Below are positions 1 through 12,657 of a DNA stretch of 64,000 bases, one piece after another. The notes below the pieces were generated by a model, which worked only from the letters and a program-made list of their open reading frames with translations, was not told the DNA's origin and did no database searches. The position numbers and the translations under genes were made by a program. Origin of the DNA: Lama glama (lineage: Eukaryota); contig CM052816.1 in NCBI GenBank assembly GCA_028534125.1, positions 62,374,001 to 62,438,000 on the forward strand, given 5' to 3'. Each line of letters starts with the position of its first letter. Position 1 is the stretch's first letter.

Positions 1-3000
1 GGTGAAAGAGAAGAACACACAAGTAATCTGCAAGGCAGGATAATAGAATTCACTCAATCAGAATAGCAAAAAGAAAAACATATTTAGAAAATGAGAACAG
101 TTTAAGGTACCTCCACAGCATTATCAAGCACACCAAAGTTTGCAATATGTGGGAACCTGAAGGAGAAGAGAGAGAAGCAGGTAAAAAAAAAAAAAAAGTA
201 TTTAATGAATTATGGCTGAAAACTTCACAAACTTGAAGAAGGAAAAATATATTAAGATATAAGAAGCACAGAGGCTCCCAAACAAGATGAATCCAAAAAG
301 AATAACAGCAAAACATATCATAATTAAAATGACAAAATTTTAAATTAAGGAGAGAATTGTAAAGACAAAACAGAAAAACAAAGCCATATAAATTGAATCC
401 ACATAAAGCTACTAGCTGATTTTTCAGAAGAAATTTTACAGACCAGAAGTGAGAAGCATGATGTATTCAAAGTGCTGAAAAGGAAAAAACTGAAACCTAG
501 AATACACTACCCAGCAAGATTATCATTTAGAATTGAAAGAGATAAAAGATTTTCCAGACAAGCAAAAATTAAGAGCTCATCAACAGTAAACCTACCCTAA
601 AAGAAATGTTAAAGGGTCTTACATAAGTAGAAAAGGACTAAAATAAGAAGAAGCTATAGAAAAAGAAAGATCTGACAAGTAAAGGCAAATGTATAGTAAA
701 GACTATAGGGCAACCACTTAAATAAACTAGTATAAAAGTTAAAACAAAAAATTGTAAAAGTGACTATAAATATGATAAACAGTGAAGGGATAAACATGAA
801 GATGTAAAACATGACATCAAAAACACAAAATGTAGGGGAGGGGAGTAAAATAAATGTAGATATTTTAAAATGTGTTTTACCTTAAATGACAACCAGTTTA
901 AAACAAGTAGATACAGTTATTACTCAACATATATGAACCCTCTGGTAACCACAAATCAAAAACCTACAATAAAAACACAAAAGCCAGACAGAAAGGAACA
1001 TATGCATACCACTAAAAAAATAATTAAACCACAAAGGAAGAGACTAAAAGAATAACACAGAACTACAAAAACAACCAAAAAACAAGTAACAAAATGGCAG
1101 TAAGTACATACTTAACAAAAACCACTTTAAATGTCAACAGACTAAATGCTCCAATCAAGGGGATGACTGGATAAAAATAACAAGAGCCACCTATATTTTG
1201 ACTACAAGAGACTTCAGAGCTACAGATACATACAAACTGAAAGTAAGAGGATGGAGAAAGATATTTCATTCAAATGGAAACAAGAAAGCAGAGGTAGCAA
1301 TACTCTTGTCAGACAAACTAGACCTTAAAACAAATTCTATAACAAAAAACAAAGAAAGGCTTTATATAATGATAAAGATATTAAAACAAGAAGAGGATAT
1401 AAAACTCATTAACATATATACACCTAATACAGAAGCATCTAAATATATAAAACAAATATTAACAGACATAGAGAAAGTGACAATAATACAATATTAGTAG
1501 GGGACTTTAACATTCCACTTACATAACTGGAAATATCATTCAAGCAGAAAATCAGTAAGGATAAAGCAGTCCTAAAGACATATTAGACTATTTGGACTTA
1601 ACAGGTATCTACAGGACTTTCCAACCAAAAACAGCAGAATACACATTCTTTTAATTTAAGTGCACATGGAACATTCTCCTGGATATATCATGTGCTAGAC
1701 TACAAAATAGTCTCAACAAATTCATGAGGACAGAAATTATATCAAGCAATTTTTTTTTCTGATCACACAATATGAAACCATAAATTAACTGCATGAAGGA
1801 AAAATGATAAAAAACCCCCACAAACTCATGGAGACTAAGCAATATGCTATTAAAAATCAATGAGTCAATAATGAAATCAAAGAGGAAATCAGAAAATATC
1901 TCAAGACAACTGAAAAAAAAAAAGAACATAACTTTACAAAATCCATAGCATTCAGCAAAATAAGCTGTAAGAGGGAAGCTTACAGCAATACAGGCCTACT
2001 TCAAGAAATAAGAAAACTCTCATATAAACAACTTACTCTATCATCTAAAATAATTAGAAAAAGAAGTATAAGCAAAGTACAGAGTCAGCAGAAAGAAGGA
2101 AATAATAAAGATCAATAAGAAAATAAACGAAACAAAGGCAAAAAATGGAAAAAAATCAATGAAACCAAGAGCTATTTTTTAAACATAAACAAAACTGATA
2201 AGCCGTTAGTCAGTCTCATCAAGAAAAAAAAAAAAGAGTACCCAAATAAAATAAAAAATGAAAGAGGATCAATAATATCCAATATCACAGAAACAGAAAA
2301 AAATCATAAGAGAATACTACAAACAATAATATGCTAACAAATTGGACAACTTGAAGAAATGGACAAAATTCTAGAAACACAACCCTCAAAGACTGAATCA
2401 GGAAGAAACAGACAATATGAACAGACAAATCACTAGCAGTAAACTTGAATTTGTAGCAAAAAAACAAAACAAAACAAAACTCCCAGAAAACAAAATTCCA
2501 GAACCGAATAGCTTCACAGGAAAATTCTAACAAACACATTAGTAAGAGCTAATACTTATCTTTCTCAAACTATTACAAAAATTTTGAAGAGGAGGGAACA
2601 CTCTCAAATTCATTCTACAAGGCCACAATTACCCTGATACCAAAACCAGACAAAAACATAACTAAAAATCAAATTCATCAAAGGCCAGTACCTCTGATGA
2701 ATACAGATGTAAAATCCTCAAAAAATATTAATAAATCAAATTCAGCAATACACAAAAAGGATCATACACCATGACCAAGCGGAATTTATTCCAGGAATGC
2801 AAGGGTGGTTCAATATCCACAGATAAATTAATGTGATACATCACATTACCAAAATGAAGGATGAAAATCACATGATCACCTCAATAAATGCAGAAAAAGC
2901 ATTTGACAAAATTCAATATCCATTCATGATAAAAATTCTCATCAAAACAGCTACAGAAGTAACATACCTCAACCTAATAAAGGTCATTTATTACAAACCC

Positions 3001-3145
3001 ACAGTTAAAATTATACTCAATGGTAAAAATCTTAAAGCTTTTCTTCCAAAATCAGGAACAAGACAAGGATGCTCACTTTCACCACTTCTATTTAACACAG
3101 TATTGGAAGTTCTACCCATAGCCATCAGACAAGAAAAAGGAACAT
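1..3145 (+). mobile_element. Degenerate LINE-1: ORF1 3' part, inter-ORF spacer, ORF2 endonuclease and start of RT; 3'-truncated
   Basis: ORF2-like peptides ([52 protein letters not shown]) with many frameshifts. Confidence 0.93.
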
Positions 3146-4439
3146 TTAGATCTGTGTAATTACTTAAGGTAAAGGCATTATCAATTTTGTATAATTTTAC
3201 TTCACACTTATTCATTTTTCTATTTTATTCTATTTGGAAATCACCTGAAATGACAGGAACACAAAGTTCCAATACTTAGTTATGTTTATATAAGTTGACT
3301 GAATATTTATATCCTTTTATCCTACTGAATGCTGACATTCTAGAAGGTAGAAGCAAATTAGAAGTATCAACCTTTTGAGCTACCTAAAATATATCTGCAT
3401 TAATAAAATGAAGAGAGCAGCAAACTGAAACTGAAACAGTAATTTGACACATAGTAGAGTGAGAAATAAAACACTGATCTATTTTGATATATGATTGAAG
3501 GTCATGTGCTTCTTTCATTCTAGTCTTTTTTCCTAAGACTATTTTATGACTATGTTTCTGTGAGTAATACAACCAGCAAAATCTGTGTCATCTAATTAAA
3601 ACTGTGATATTTTCATTACTGAAACTTTTCATTTCAATAAACCACTAATTTTCTCCTTGAGAAAGGGAACAAATAGGGAATAACTGTTCAATATGTGGGT
3701 TACTATTATAATTCAGAAGCATAAAAATTTTTCTTGTAAAAAGATAACCAAATATATATTTAGAATATGATCTGTGTATTATTTGAACATGATGAATCAA
3801 GTGATAAAATATTAAGTGGACACCTTCAAAATCTGTGAAAAATTCAAAATGATCCCTACGTGCAAATCCATGAACATGAAAGTTAGTGCCTTTGTGGAAA
3901 ATGTGTAATTTTTGTAGGTAAGCTTGAGTAAGTAGATCTTTAAAGAAGATCTATTCTCCCCAGCGCCTAAATCACACACTTGTAATAATACAAGTAGTCT
4001 TAACTCATTTAGTTTACTCAGAACAATGTAATGTAATCATTGTAGATGGTTCAGTGATTTATTACAAACCATAATACTTGGTCAATTATTTTATACTTTC
4101 ATGCATAACATCCCACAGAAACATATGGCAAACTTTTCATAATAGGTTCCTGTAGACTTTAAAGAGACATTTTCTTTTATTCATATTAAATAAGCCCAAG
4201 GTTAAGAAATGCAAACACAGTAGAATAAAATATTTGAACAGTATTGTTTAAAAATTTCATACAGCTACCGTGGCAGCTTTACTTTCTCAATTCAGAGGAA
4301 TAAACATTTTTCCCAGGATAAAATTTTTAAATTTCCTTAAAATGCTGTTATTTCAGCCTTTTCATGATTATACTAGCCTCTTAGACAAACTCGGTGGGCC
4401 AAAGGAATTCTAAAAGGAAAGTAGAAAATAGTTTGAAGT

Positions 4440-7400
4440 GAATTAAAAATATAATGTAAAAGTCATAGGGTGTAGCTAATGCCGTAACTAAAGGGAAATG
4501 TATAGAAGTAAATGCTTATTAGATGACAGAAAAAAAGGATTTCCAATCCATAACTTAAGTTTCTCCTATGAAAAATATTTTATAAGAGAAAGGAAAATGA
4601 AGTTAAAACAAGCAGAAGGAAGTAAATAATAAAAGAGCAGAAAACAATGACTTTGAAAACAGAAAATAATAGAGAAAGATAATTGAAACCAAAAGGTGTT
4701 TCTTTGAAAAGATCAATAAAATTAATAAACCTCTAGCAAAACCAAAAGAAAGAGAGAAGAAATTGTTACTATCAGGACTGAAAATGGGATATAATTACAG
4801 ACCCAACAGATATTAAAAGGATAATAAAGGAATACTGTGAACATGCTACATATTTTCACAATTTAGAAAACTTATTGAAAACAACTACCAAAATTACCCA
4901 ACATTAAACAGATAACCTGAATTGTCCTACACCTCTTAAAGAAACTGAATTCATAGTTAAATTCACCTCCAGTCCCAGATAGTTTCATTATCAAATATTT
5001 AAGAAAAAACAATATTAATATTTCAATATTTTCCACAAAACAGAAGAGGAAAGACCAATTCTTAACTAATTTTAAAAGGCCAGCACTACTGCGATATTAA
5101 AAACAGATGGTACAAAAACAGAGTCAACTTTAGGATAACAGCCTTCAAGTACAGAGGAAAACAAACAAATTAAAAAACTTCTCAAAAATATTGGTAAATA
5201 GTATCCAGTAATATATAGAAAGAAAAATACAACATAACAAAGTGTTTACTGCGGGTATGAAAGACTGGCTCAATATTTGATAATCACTCAATATTCACAT
5301 TAAAAATACATAATCATATTAACCAATAAAGTATTTGACAAAATTTACATCCATTCAAGGTAAAACTTTCAGCAAGCTAGGAATAGAAAAAAACTTCCTC
5401 AACCTGATAAAAGACATCTACAAAAAACCCACATCTAACATCATACTTATTGGTAAAAGACTCAATGCTTTCCTCCTAAAATCGGGAAGAAGACAATTTG
5501 TCTGCTCTTACACTCCTACTCAACGTTGTACTGGATGTTCTAGCTCATTCAATAACACAAATAAGAAAAAAATCATATTGGAAAGGAAAAAGTAAGGCTG
5601 TCTTTATTTGCAGACAACATAATCATCTAAAGAGAAAATACAGTAGAATCTCCGAAAATCTGCTATACTTGATAGGTGAGATCAGAAAGGTAGTAAGACA
5701 TAAGATTAACGTACAAAACTCAATTGTATTTCTATATATTATTAGAAATTATAATTTAATTGGAAATTAAAATTAAATAAAAATTAATACCATTCACCAA
5801 TAGTATAAAAATATGAATCCTAGGGATAAATCTGACAAAAGATGTCAAAGATCTGTAGTTATAAACATCACATGATACAAAGTCAAAACAAAGGTCAACT
5901 GTGTTTCTGTAAACTAGCAATATACAATTGTAAATCAAAATAATTTTTGCATTAACAATAACACAAAAAGTAAATACTTAGGTATAAATCTAACAAAACA
6001 TTCACAAGTTATGAATGTTGAAAATTGCAAAGTATTGCTAAAGGAAATCAAGGACCTAAATAAAAGGAGAGATATATCATGTTCATGGACTGGAAAAAAC
6101 CAACGCAGTAAATATTTCAGTCCTCCCCAAGTTGATTTATTTTTAGTAAAGATAAACAGGTTGATTCTAGATTTTATATGGAAAGGCAAAGGAACTAGAA
6201 TAAAACAATTTTGAAAAAGAAAAATAAAGTTGGAGAAATCACAATATCCTATTTTAATGACTTCCTATAAAGCTATAATAAAGAAGAAAAAGGGCTACTG
6301 GCAAAGGGAGATACACACAAAAATAAACTGAAAAGAAAGAACAGAGAGTCCAGAAATAGACCCACACGTATACAGCCAGTTGATTTTTGACAAAGCTGCA
6401 AAAGCTTCAATGGAGAAAGGGCAGTGTTTTCAATAAATGGTGTTAGAACAATCAAGCATCTCTATTCAAAACAAGGGACCTCGAACTAAATCTCATACTT
6501 AAAAAAAAAAAAACTCAAAATGAATCACAATTCTCAATACAAAACGTAAAACTATATAGCATTTAGAAGAAAACATAAGAAAAAATCTTCATAACCTAGG
6601 GTTAGGCAAAGAGTTCTTAGGACACCAAAAGCATAATCCATTAAAAAAAAAAAACTAAGAAATTGGATTTCATCAAAATTAAATGTTTCCTCTACAGGGA
6701 AAAAATATTGTGAAGAGAAGAAAAGGACAAACCTTCATAAACCACATACTCAATGGATGACTTATATCCAAAGTATATAGAGAACTTTCACAATTCAACA
6801 TGAAGAGCACAACGCAATTAAGAAAATGACTAAGATTTGAAAAGATACTTCACTAAACAACGTATACAAATGGCGAAATAAGCACATGATAAATGCTCAA
6901 CATCATTAGGAAAATACCATTAGAGAAATGTAAATTAAAACCACAATGTGATACCACTACACATCTATTAATGACAGTATTTTTAAAATGGAGACTACCA
7001 GGTGTTTGTGAGAATGCACAGCAAAAGAAATTCTCAAACATTGCTGTTTGGAATGAAAAATGGTAGAGTCATTCAGAAAAACAATTTGACAGTTACTTAT
7101 ACAGTTAAATATACACTTAACCATATGATCCAGCAATCCCACTTCTGGGTATTTACCCTAGAGAAATGAAAGTTACGTTCACACAAAAACCTATACACGA
7201 ATATTTATAACAGCTCTATTCATAATTGCCATAACCTGGAATAACCTAACTGTCCTCAAGAGGTAAATGGATAAACTGGTTCATTCATACAATGGAATAC
7301 TATTGAGCAATAAAAAAGAACAAACTATAGATATGTGCAACAACTTGGATGAATTTCACAGGTAATTATGCAGAGTAAAAGAAGCCAGTCTAAAAAAGTT

Positions 7401-7720
7401 ATATACTATATGATTCTAATTTTATAATATTATATTAATATTTTATTAAATTATCAAAAAGACAAACTAAAGTAATGGAGAAAAGGGCAGTGGTTTTTAG
7501 GGATTAGGGATTAGACAAGGGTGTGATTATAAAGATATAATCATGGCACAATTATAAAGGCACAAGGGAGATTTTTGGAGTGTTAGAACTGTTCTAATCC
7601 CCACTGTGGTGATTGTTACACATTCTCTACACACGTTTAAATCATAGAACTGTATGCCAAGAATAAATCAATTTTATTGCATGGTAATTAAAAAATTCAA
7701 AACCAAAATCAAAAAGACTA
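4440..7720 (+). mobile_element. Old L1 (L1M-type) ORF2 remnant plus 3' UTR; hosts the exon 5 candidate
   Basis: ORF2-like fragments (KLGIEKNFLNLIKDIYKKPT, LILDFIWKGKG), the catatgatccagcaatcccacttctgggtatttaccc motif, and an L1MB/MC-like 3' UTR. Confidence 0.9.
7122..7157 (-). CDS. RNF180: Candidate RNF180 exon 5 (36 nt, GKYPEVGLLDHM), derived from antisense L1; donor is atypical in this sequence
   Basis: Sequence reads ttcatttctctag|GGTAAATACCCAGAAGTGGGATTGCTGGATCATATG|gttaagt. It matches the recalled human ...[17 protein letters not shown]. Whether it is spliced in this species is uncertain. Confidence 0.6.
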
Positions 7721-9992
7721 TGTTGAATAAAAATGAGGTTTACTCAGCACTGTCTTTCCCCAAAGTAGGTGCTCAATTCACATTTGCTGAACAAGAACAT
7801 ATGAAAAACTGGCTGCATTTTCTGCTTCAACAGCAATCTCATTTATATCACTAAGTTTCAAAATTTTTGTAGCATGATTAACATTTTCTATCATGGTATC
7901 TGACACAGAAAGACATCTAGTTTACACACACACACAAAATCATTAAAAATGCCAATGAAAGTCAGAAATCTAGATACCTCAACCAATTATTTTAAACTTT
8001 AAAAAGATTATCATTAATAATGGGTAACTATATTTATACGCTTATCTGTCTCATTAAAAAAAGGTGCAGGATCTATTTTGAAGTCATTACCCAAAGGCAT
8101 GGTATACAAAACAGATATTTGATAAATGTTTATATAATCAGCTAATCTCTATTAAGCATGAAATGAGCTGAATAGCTATTAATTTACCTTAAATATCAAC
8201 TCTTTCTAGGATTTATCCTTTTCCTTGAATTAGCAAGACTGAATATTAAGAATTCTTCTTCCATCAGACTCAAATCATGGTGTGTACTCATATCGCTAAA
8301 TCATGTTATTTCTGTGCTGCTACATAGTTTTAGGTTTTCTTCTCTAGGGAGACACTGAGCATTTGCCTCTAACTCCCACGCAACCAGCCAAATCTATTAG
8401 GATCCCAACATGTCATTTCGTACGGACCTGTCACAGGTGTGACTAAGATTCATTTACTCTAGTCAATTAGTTAAGCAGATTGGTTAAATCACTTATGTGT
8501 GACCAAACAAAAGCAACTTCATTTAAAAAAACTAATTTTGGTCTTACTTTGTTCTAAACTGTGTAAAAAAGAGTGTTTCTATGCTAGAAAATGATTAAAA
8601 ATAGAGCTAAGGTTTTCAGAATTACCCAGCCTAAGAACTAAACACGTTTTGAAAATTGTAAAGATGTTATTTGCATATGTTTAAAGTACAGAGCAAGTAT
8701 AATTTTCAAACTTCTTTTAAATGTCTATTTGTTAGAGAATTATTTTAGAGCCTTCCACATTGTTTTTCAAGTATTCTGAATATTCACTTAACATATGAGA
8801 TCATCTCCAGTTTATCTACATTTAAGTCAAATTTTAAATAAAAATTTTGAACTTTATAGCTTCAATAAATTAAACTATAAGGTGTATTATAATGGTGATA
8901 AAATATCTTTATTTTTTACATCCTACATTTATGCTTTGATGTCACATTACACCATCACTTGCAAATAAACCAAACTGAAATGCTCCTGTCAGCAACCAGT
9001 CAAAAATATAATAAACATTTACTTATAATAATACTAACCAAAAGATTAAAAAAAAAAACCTAACCTGACTGAAGCCCTTAACGTAGGTTTTTTTTTTTTT
9101 AATTTTAGCCAGTCCATGATTAGGATCATAAACAATAATGAGTTTGCTTAACTAAGAATGAATTATGTCAAGTTGTGGTTTTCTATATTTTAGCTCTGAG
9201 GACATTGTTAATATTGAACATACTAATTAATAAGGACTGCTATCTATTATGAACAAGTAAATAATAAAGGCAATTTGGAAAAAAAAGTTTACATACAAAT
9301 ATGCCAGTCATCAAACTTCCAAACTGTCATGAGCACCTTCACTGGCTTTATGGGTTTCCTCAGTGCCTAATATTTACTCTCACTTCCTTCACTCACCCAC
9401 TCTTAACATATCATTATGGGTACAGGAGTTTAAACCACAGAGAAGCAACCTCTCCTACAAAATTACAGTTAAGGGTCAATTATCTTTTAGATAATTTTCA
9501 CAATTTAGCACAGTTAATCATATCTGCATCATGGTGGGCACATAATTAAACAAGGCTCCTTGAAAGTATCAATTTAAACTTAAGGTAATGGAAATGAAAG
9601 AATCTGTCACGAGATTGTATTTACTTAGAGAAATTTTGTTTTGATTTAACCTGAAAAAAAAAACCACTGAAAAACAATCCTAACATGAATAAATTTGAAA
9701 TGTGTATGACAATCAAGTCTCAATATCATACGATTAATGTTCCTATAAAATATTAGCAAAATTGGGAAAAACTTCACAAAAGGGCAGTTTCTAAACACGT
9801 GGAAGCACAGAGACATGGTGATAAATGTCAATTATAATAGAGCTACATGATTATTAGGTTCACCTCGGGAGCAGTGTCATTTCAAAATCATTCAAACTAT
9901 GATTTCATGATACAGGTATTCAAAGTTTGCTGCTCTCCCCAAAGCCCAACATTTATAATACTGAATTATTAGTAAACTCTTAAAAAAATTAC

Positions 9993-10952
9993 CTGCTTCT
10001 GCAGCCATCTCTCATGCCTTCGTTGTTTCCGCCTCAGATTCTTCAGCTTGCTCCTTTCTTTCTTACTGAGCCTCTGATTAATGGCACCCAAAGAAAAATT
10101 GCCCGAGTGCAGGAAGTCCAGAGGAGAGAGGTGCTCCTCCTGCTCTGGGGCCTCCAGCATGCTCCTGCCAGCTGAGGGCAGGTCCATCAGGAAAGTCAGG
10201 CTGTTAGAACTAGCATGGTCAGAGTACACTGCAGAAGCTTCTAGACCACAATGAAATTCTCCTCCTCTTTGTGTCTGGGTCTCACGGGGAGCCACTGAAA
10301 ATCTTTGCAGCAGAATATTAGGATCAAAACTGGATGAAATTTGAAAGGAACAGTTATTTTTGCTAGATTCTAAAGGCAAGCCTGAAAGGTCAGTAGGCTG
10401 TGTTTCATTTAGCCTGGAATAGGCAGTAGTCTTACTATGTATTCCATATAAGGAGGGTAATAAAGTCAGTTTCTCACTGATGTTCAGATCCAAACTATGT
10501 GATTTTCTATGAAAAGCTCTCGTAGTGCATCTGCCAGTCACAAGCTGTGGAACAAAAAGCTGGTATTTTGGATCTGACGCTTTGAACAGCAGTTTTTCGT
10601 TCTTCATCTCAAAATACGTTGATGGTGCCTCTAGGCAGAGTGCTTCTGTTAATCTTCCAGGACCATTATTACTTTGGGCCATGTTTAAAAGCCCGTGATT
10701 TCTGTTTTTGGAGGCGCCACCTGTCAGCAGAGTTTCCTTGTCACAACCTGACTGAACTCTAGGATGTGACAAGTATTTCAGCGATGGTCTCATTAGTCGG
10801 CCTGCCCGCGTGGGCTGATAATCGGTCCGGCTCTTGGAGAGATGTACAGCTGCAAGCTGGCCACAGGAACATTTTGGAGTGCTGACAAAATTAAAGCCCC
10901 CTAAACGGGCCCCACAGAAAGGGCAATTCAGTTTTCCAACTGTCCACTGGGC
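9993..10952 (-). CDS. RNF180: RNF180 coding exon 4 (960 nt): [32 protein letters not shown] ... [20 protein letters not shown]
   Basis: 320 open codons that contain most of track ORF 9969..10793. Acceptor is tttcctttattacctgtag|GCC and donor is CAG|GTAATT. The CPFC/CSC motifs continue the N-terminal Cys-rich domain, and the exon ends in a basic coiled-coil stretch. Confidence 0.95.
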
Positions 10953-11929
10953 CTACAGGTAATAAAGGAAAATAAAAACAATGCTTTCATTGTAAAGTAA
11001 CCAAAGAGAGTGTGAGCTTTTTTTTTTTTTTTAAAGCCGAGCACATGAAAGTTTTCTATGCCACAGAAAAGGCCAGCTTTCTGTTTTCTGATTAGTAGAC
11101 AGAGCAGTAAATGGAAACAATCCCACCAATAAATAGAGATAAGAATCCCCGAAGGTCTAGGATGGTAACGTATTGCACATCATGCCCATCTAAACAATAC
11201 TCCTGAGAATTCTGAAAGAGTCTCTTAGACAATTGACTGAATATGGATACAGTGTGAACTAATGAAAAGAAAAATACACTATGGAACCAGGAAGCAAATC
11301 AGTGTACAGAGCTTAATTTGCAAGTAAAATCTCACAGAAAAGTGTCTGTTTTGATACACTTCTTGCATACCAAGCACTGTGGGAAGGAACTTTACCCAAC
11401 CAACAGAATAAAGCTCTTCCTGCCTTTTTACATACAACCAAAAGATACTGGTTGCATACATCAGCTAGTTCATTTTCTAGACTCAGATTACAAATTAATA
11501 GTGAACTAGCTTAAAATCATATTTTCAACAGAGATAGTGGAACATCTGCAGTGTCCTAATACATTCTGTAAAGTTCAGGACATTTATAAGCAGCACACTG
11601 GCATTTTCCCAGGAAATCATTATAATGTGAGAACGGGTACAAGGGATATCTAGCTAATGTTATTTTTTAACAAAAGAAGTAAGCTAGTCAGTGGGGAAAT
11701 GCAACTATATTTTTCCCAAAATCACAGTAGTTATACTTTTCTAATACTTTGGTGTTTTGAACTGTGAGAAATAATGATGCCATAGTGAACAGGTGAGTTC
11801 TTGCTCTTATAATATTTCATTAAGGATCTTTAAAGTGTTATAATTTCATTCTGATTGTGCCAATGAGAGTCTTTAATTGTCCAGTTTATTTCACATGTGT
11901 GTGCAAATATGAATGATACACACAGGATA

Positions 11930-12430
11930 TTCCATTCACTCAGTAGGTACTGTTCCAGGTGCTGGGGATACAGTACATAATGAACAAAATATAAAAAACC
12001 TCTGACTTCCTGGAGTTTATATTCTAGTAGAGGACTTAGGTAATTAACAAGATCAGTAAGCCATTAGTGAGTGTATAGGTGTATATGTGGATGTGTGTAT
12101 GGATGTGTACAACAATTAATATATGTCACATATACTTAAGTATATTTATAAGTCCTATAAATCACTTACAGCATATGTGTAAAACACAGACAGGTATATA
12201 AAGTAGAGAAGGGAGAAAGAAGTGTTAGGAGTGGTAATAGTAGGGAGAGGCACTTGATAGCCTGGCAAGGCTATGCCTCATTAAGAAACGAGGGAAATGA
12301 GGAAACAGGTGAGTAGCTGTGGGAATAGAATTCATGGAAGGGGGAATATCAAGTGCAAAGTCTGAGTTATGAAAATACTCAAGAGTATTTTAGTAACAAT
12401 GAAGAAGCCAGTAAGCATAATCAAGAGTTA
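11930..12430 (-). mobile_element. L2 fragment
   Basis: gttccaggtgctggggatacag...ctggagtttatattctagt is typical of the L2 3' end. Confidence 0.7.
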
Positions 12431-12546
12431 CACACCCTTTCATGTCTCTTGAAACAATTTGTCCAAGAAAAACAGCTCTAAAATGAAAACAAAAATATTT
12501 CAAAGATAGTATATTTCTAATTTTACTCAGCAACTAAGGAACTTAC

Positions 12547-12642
12547 TTTTTGTATTAGGCAGTTTATCCATTCTGGAAGAGCTTCTACATTTATGTGCCA
12601 CACATGACAAATATTTTGATCATCAGCTGAATCATGTCTATC
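12547..12642 (-). CDS. RNF180: RNF180 coding exon 3 (96 nt): [32 protein letters not shown]
   Basis: Translated by hand; it is not in the ORF track. Acceptor is catgtaacag|GAT and donor is AAA|GTAAGT, phase 0/0. It resembles the recalled human [32 protein letters not shown]. Confidence 0.93.
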
Positions 12643-12657
12643 CTGTTACATGAAACA

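Noticed and set aside
9046..9104. A-run/ccta ... tagg/T-run hairpin resembling a terminator
   Set aside because: Pairing comes almost entirely from homopolymers, and intrinsic terminators are irrelevant in a mammalian intron.
9969..10793. 274-aa ORF as a stand-alone gene
   Set aside because: It is part of RNF180 exon 4, starting at an internal Met and running 7 codons plus a stop into intron 4.
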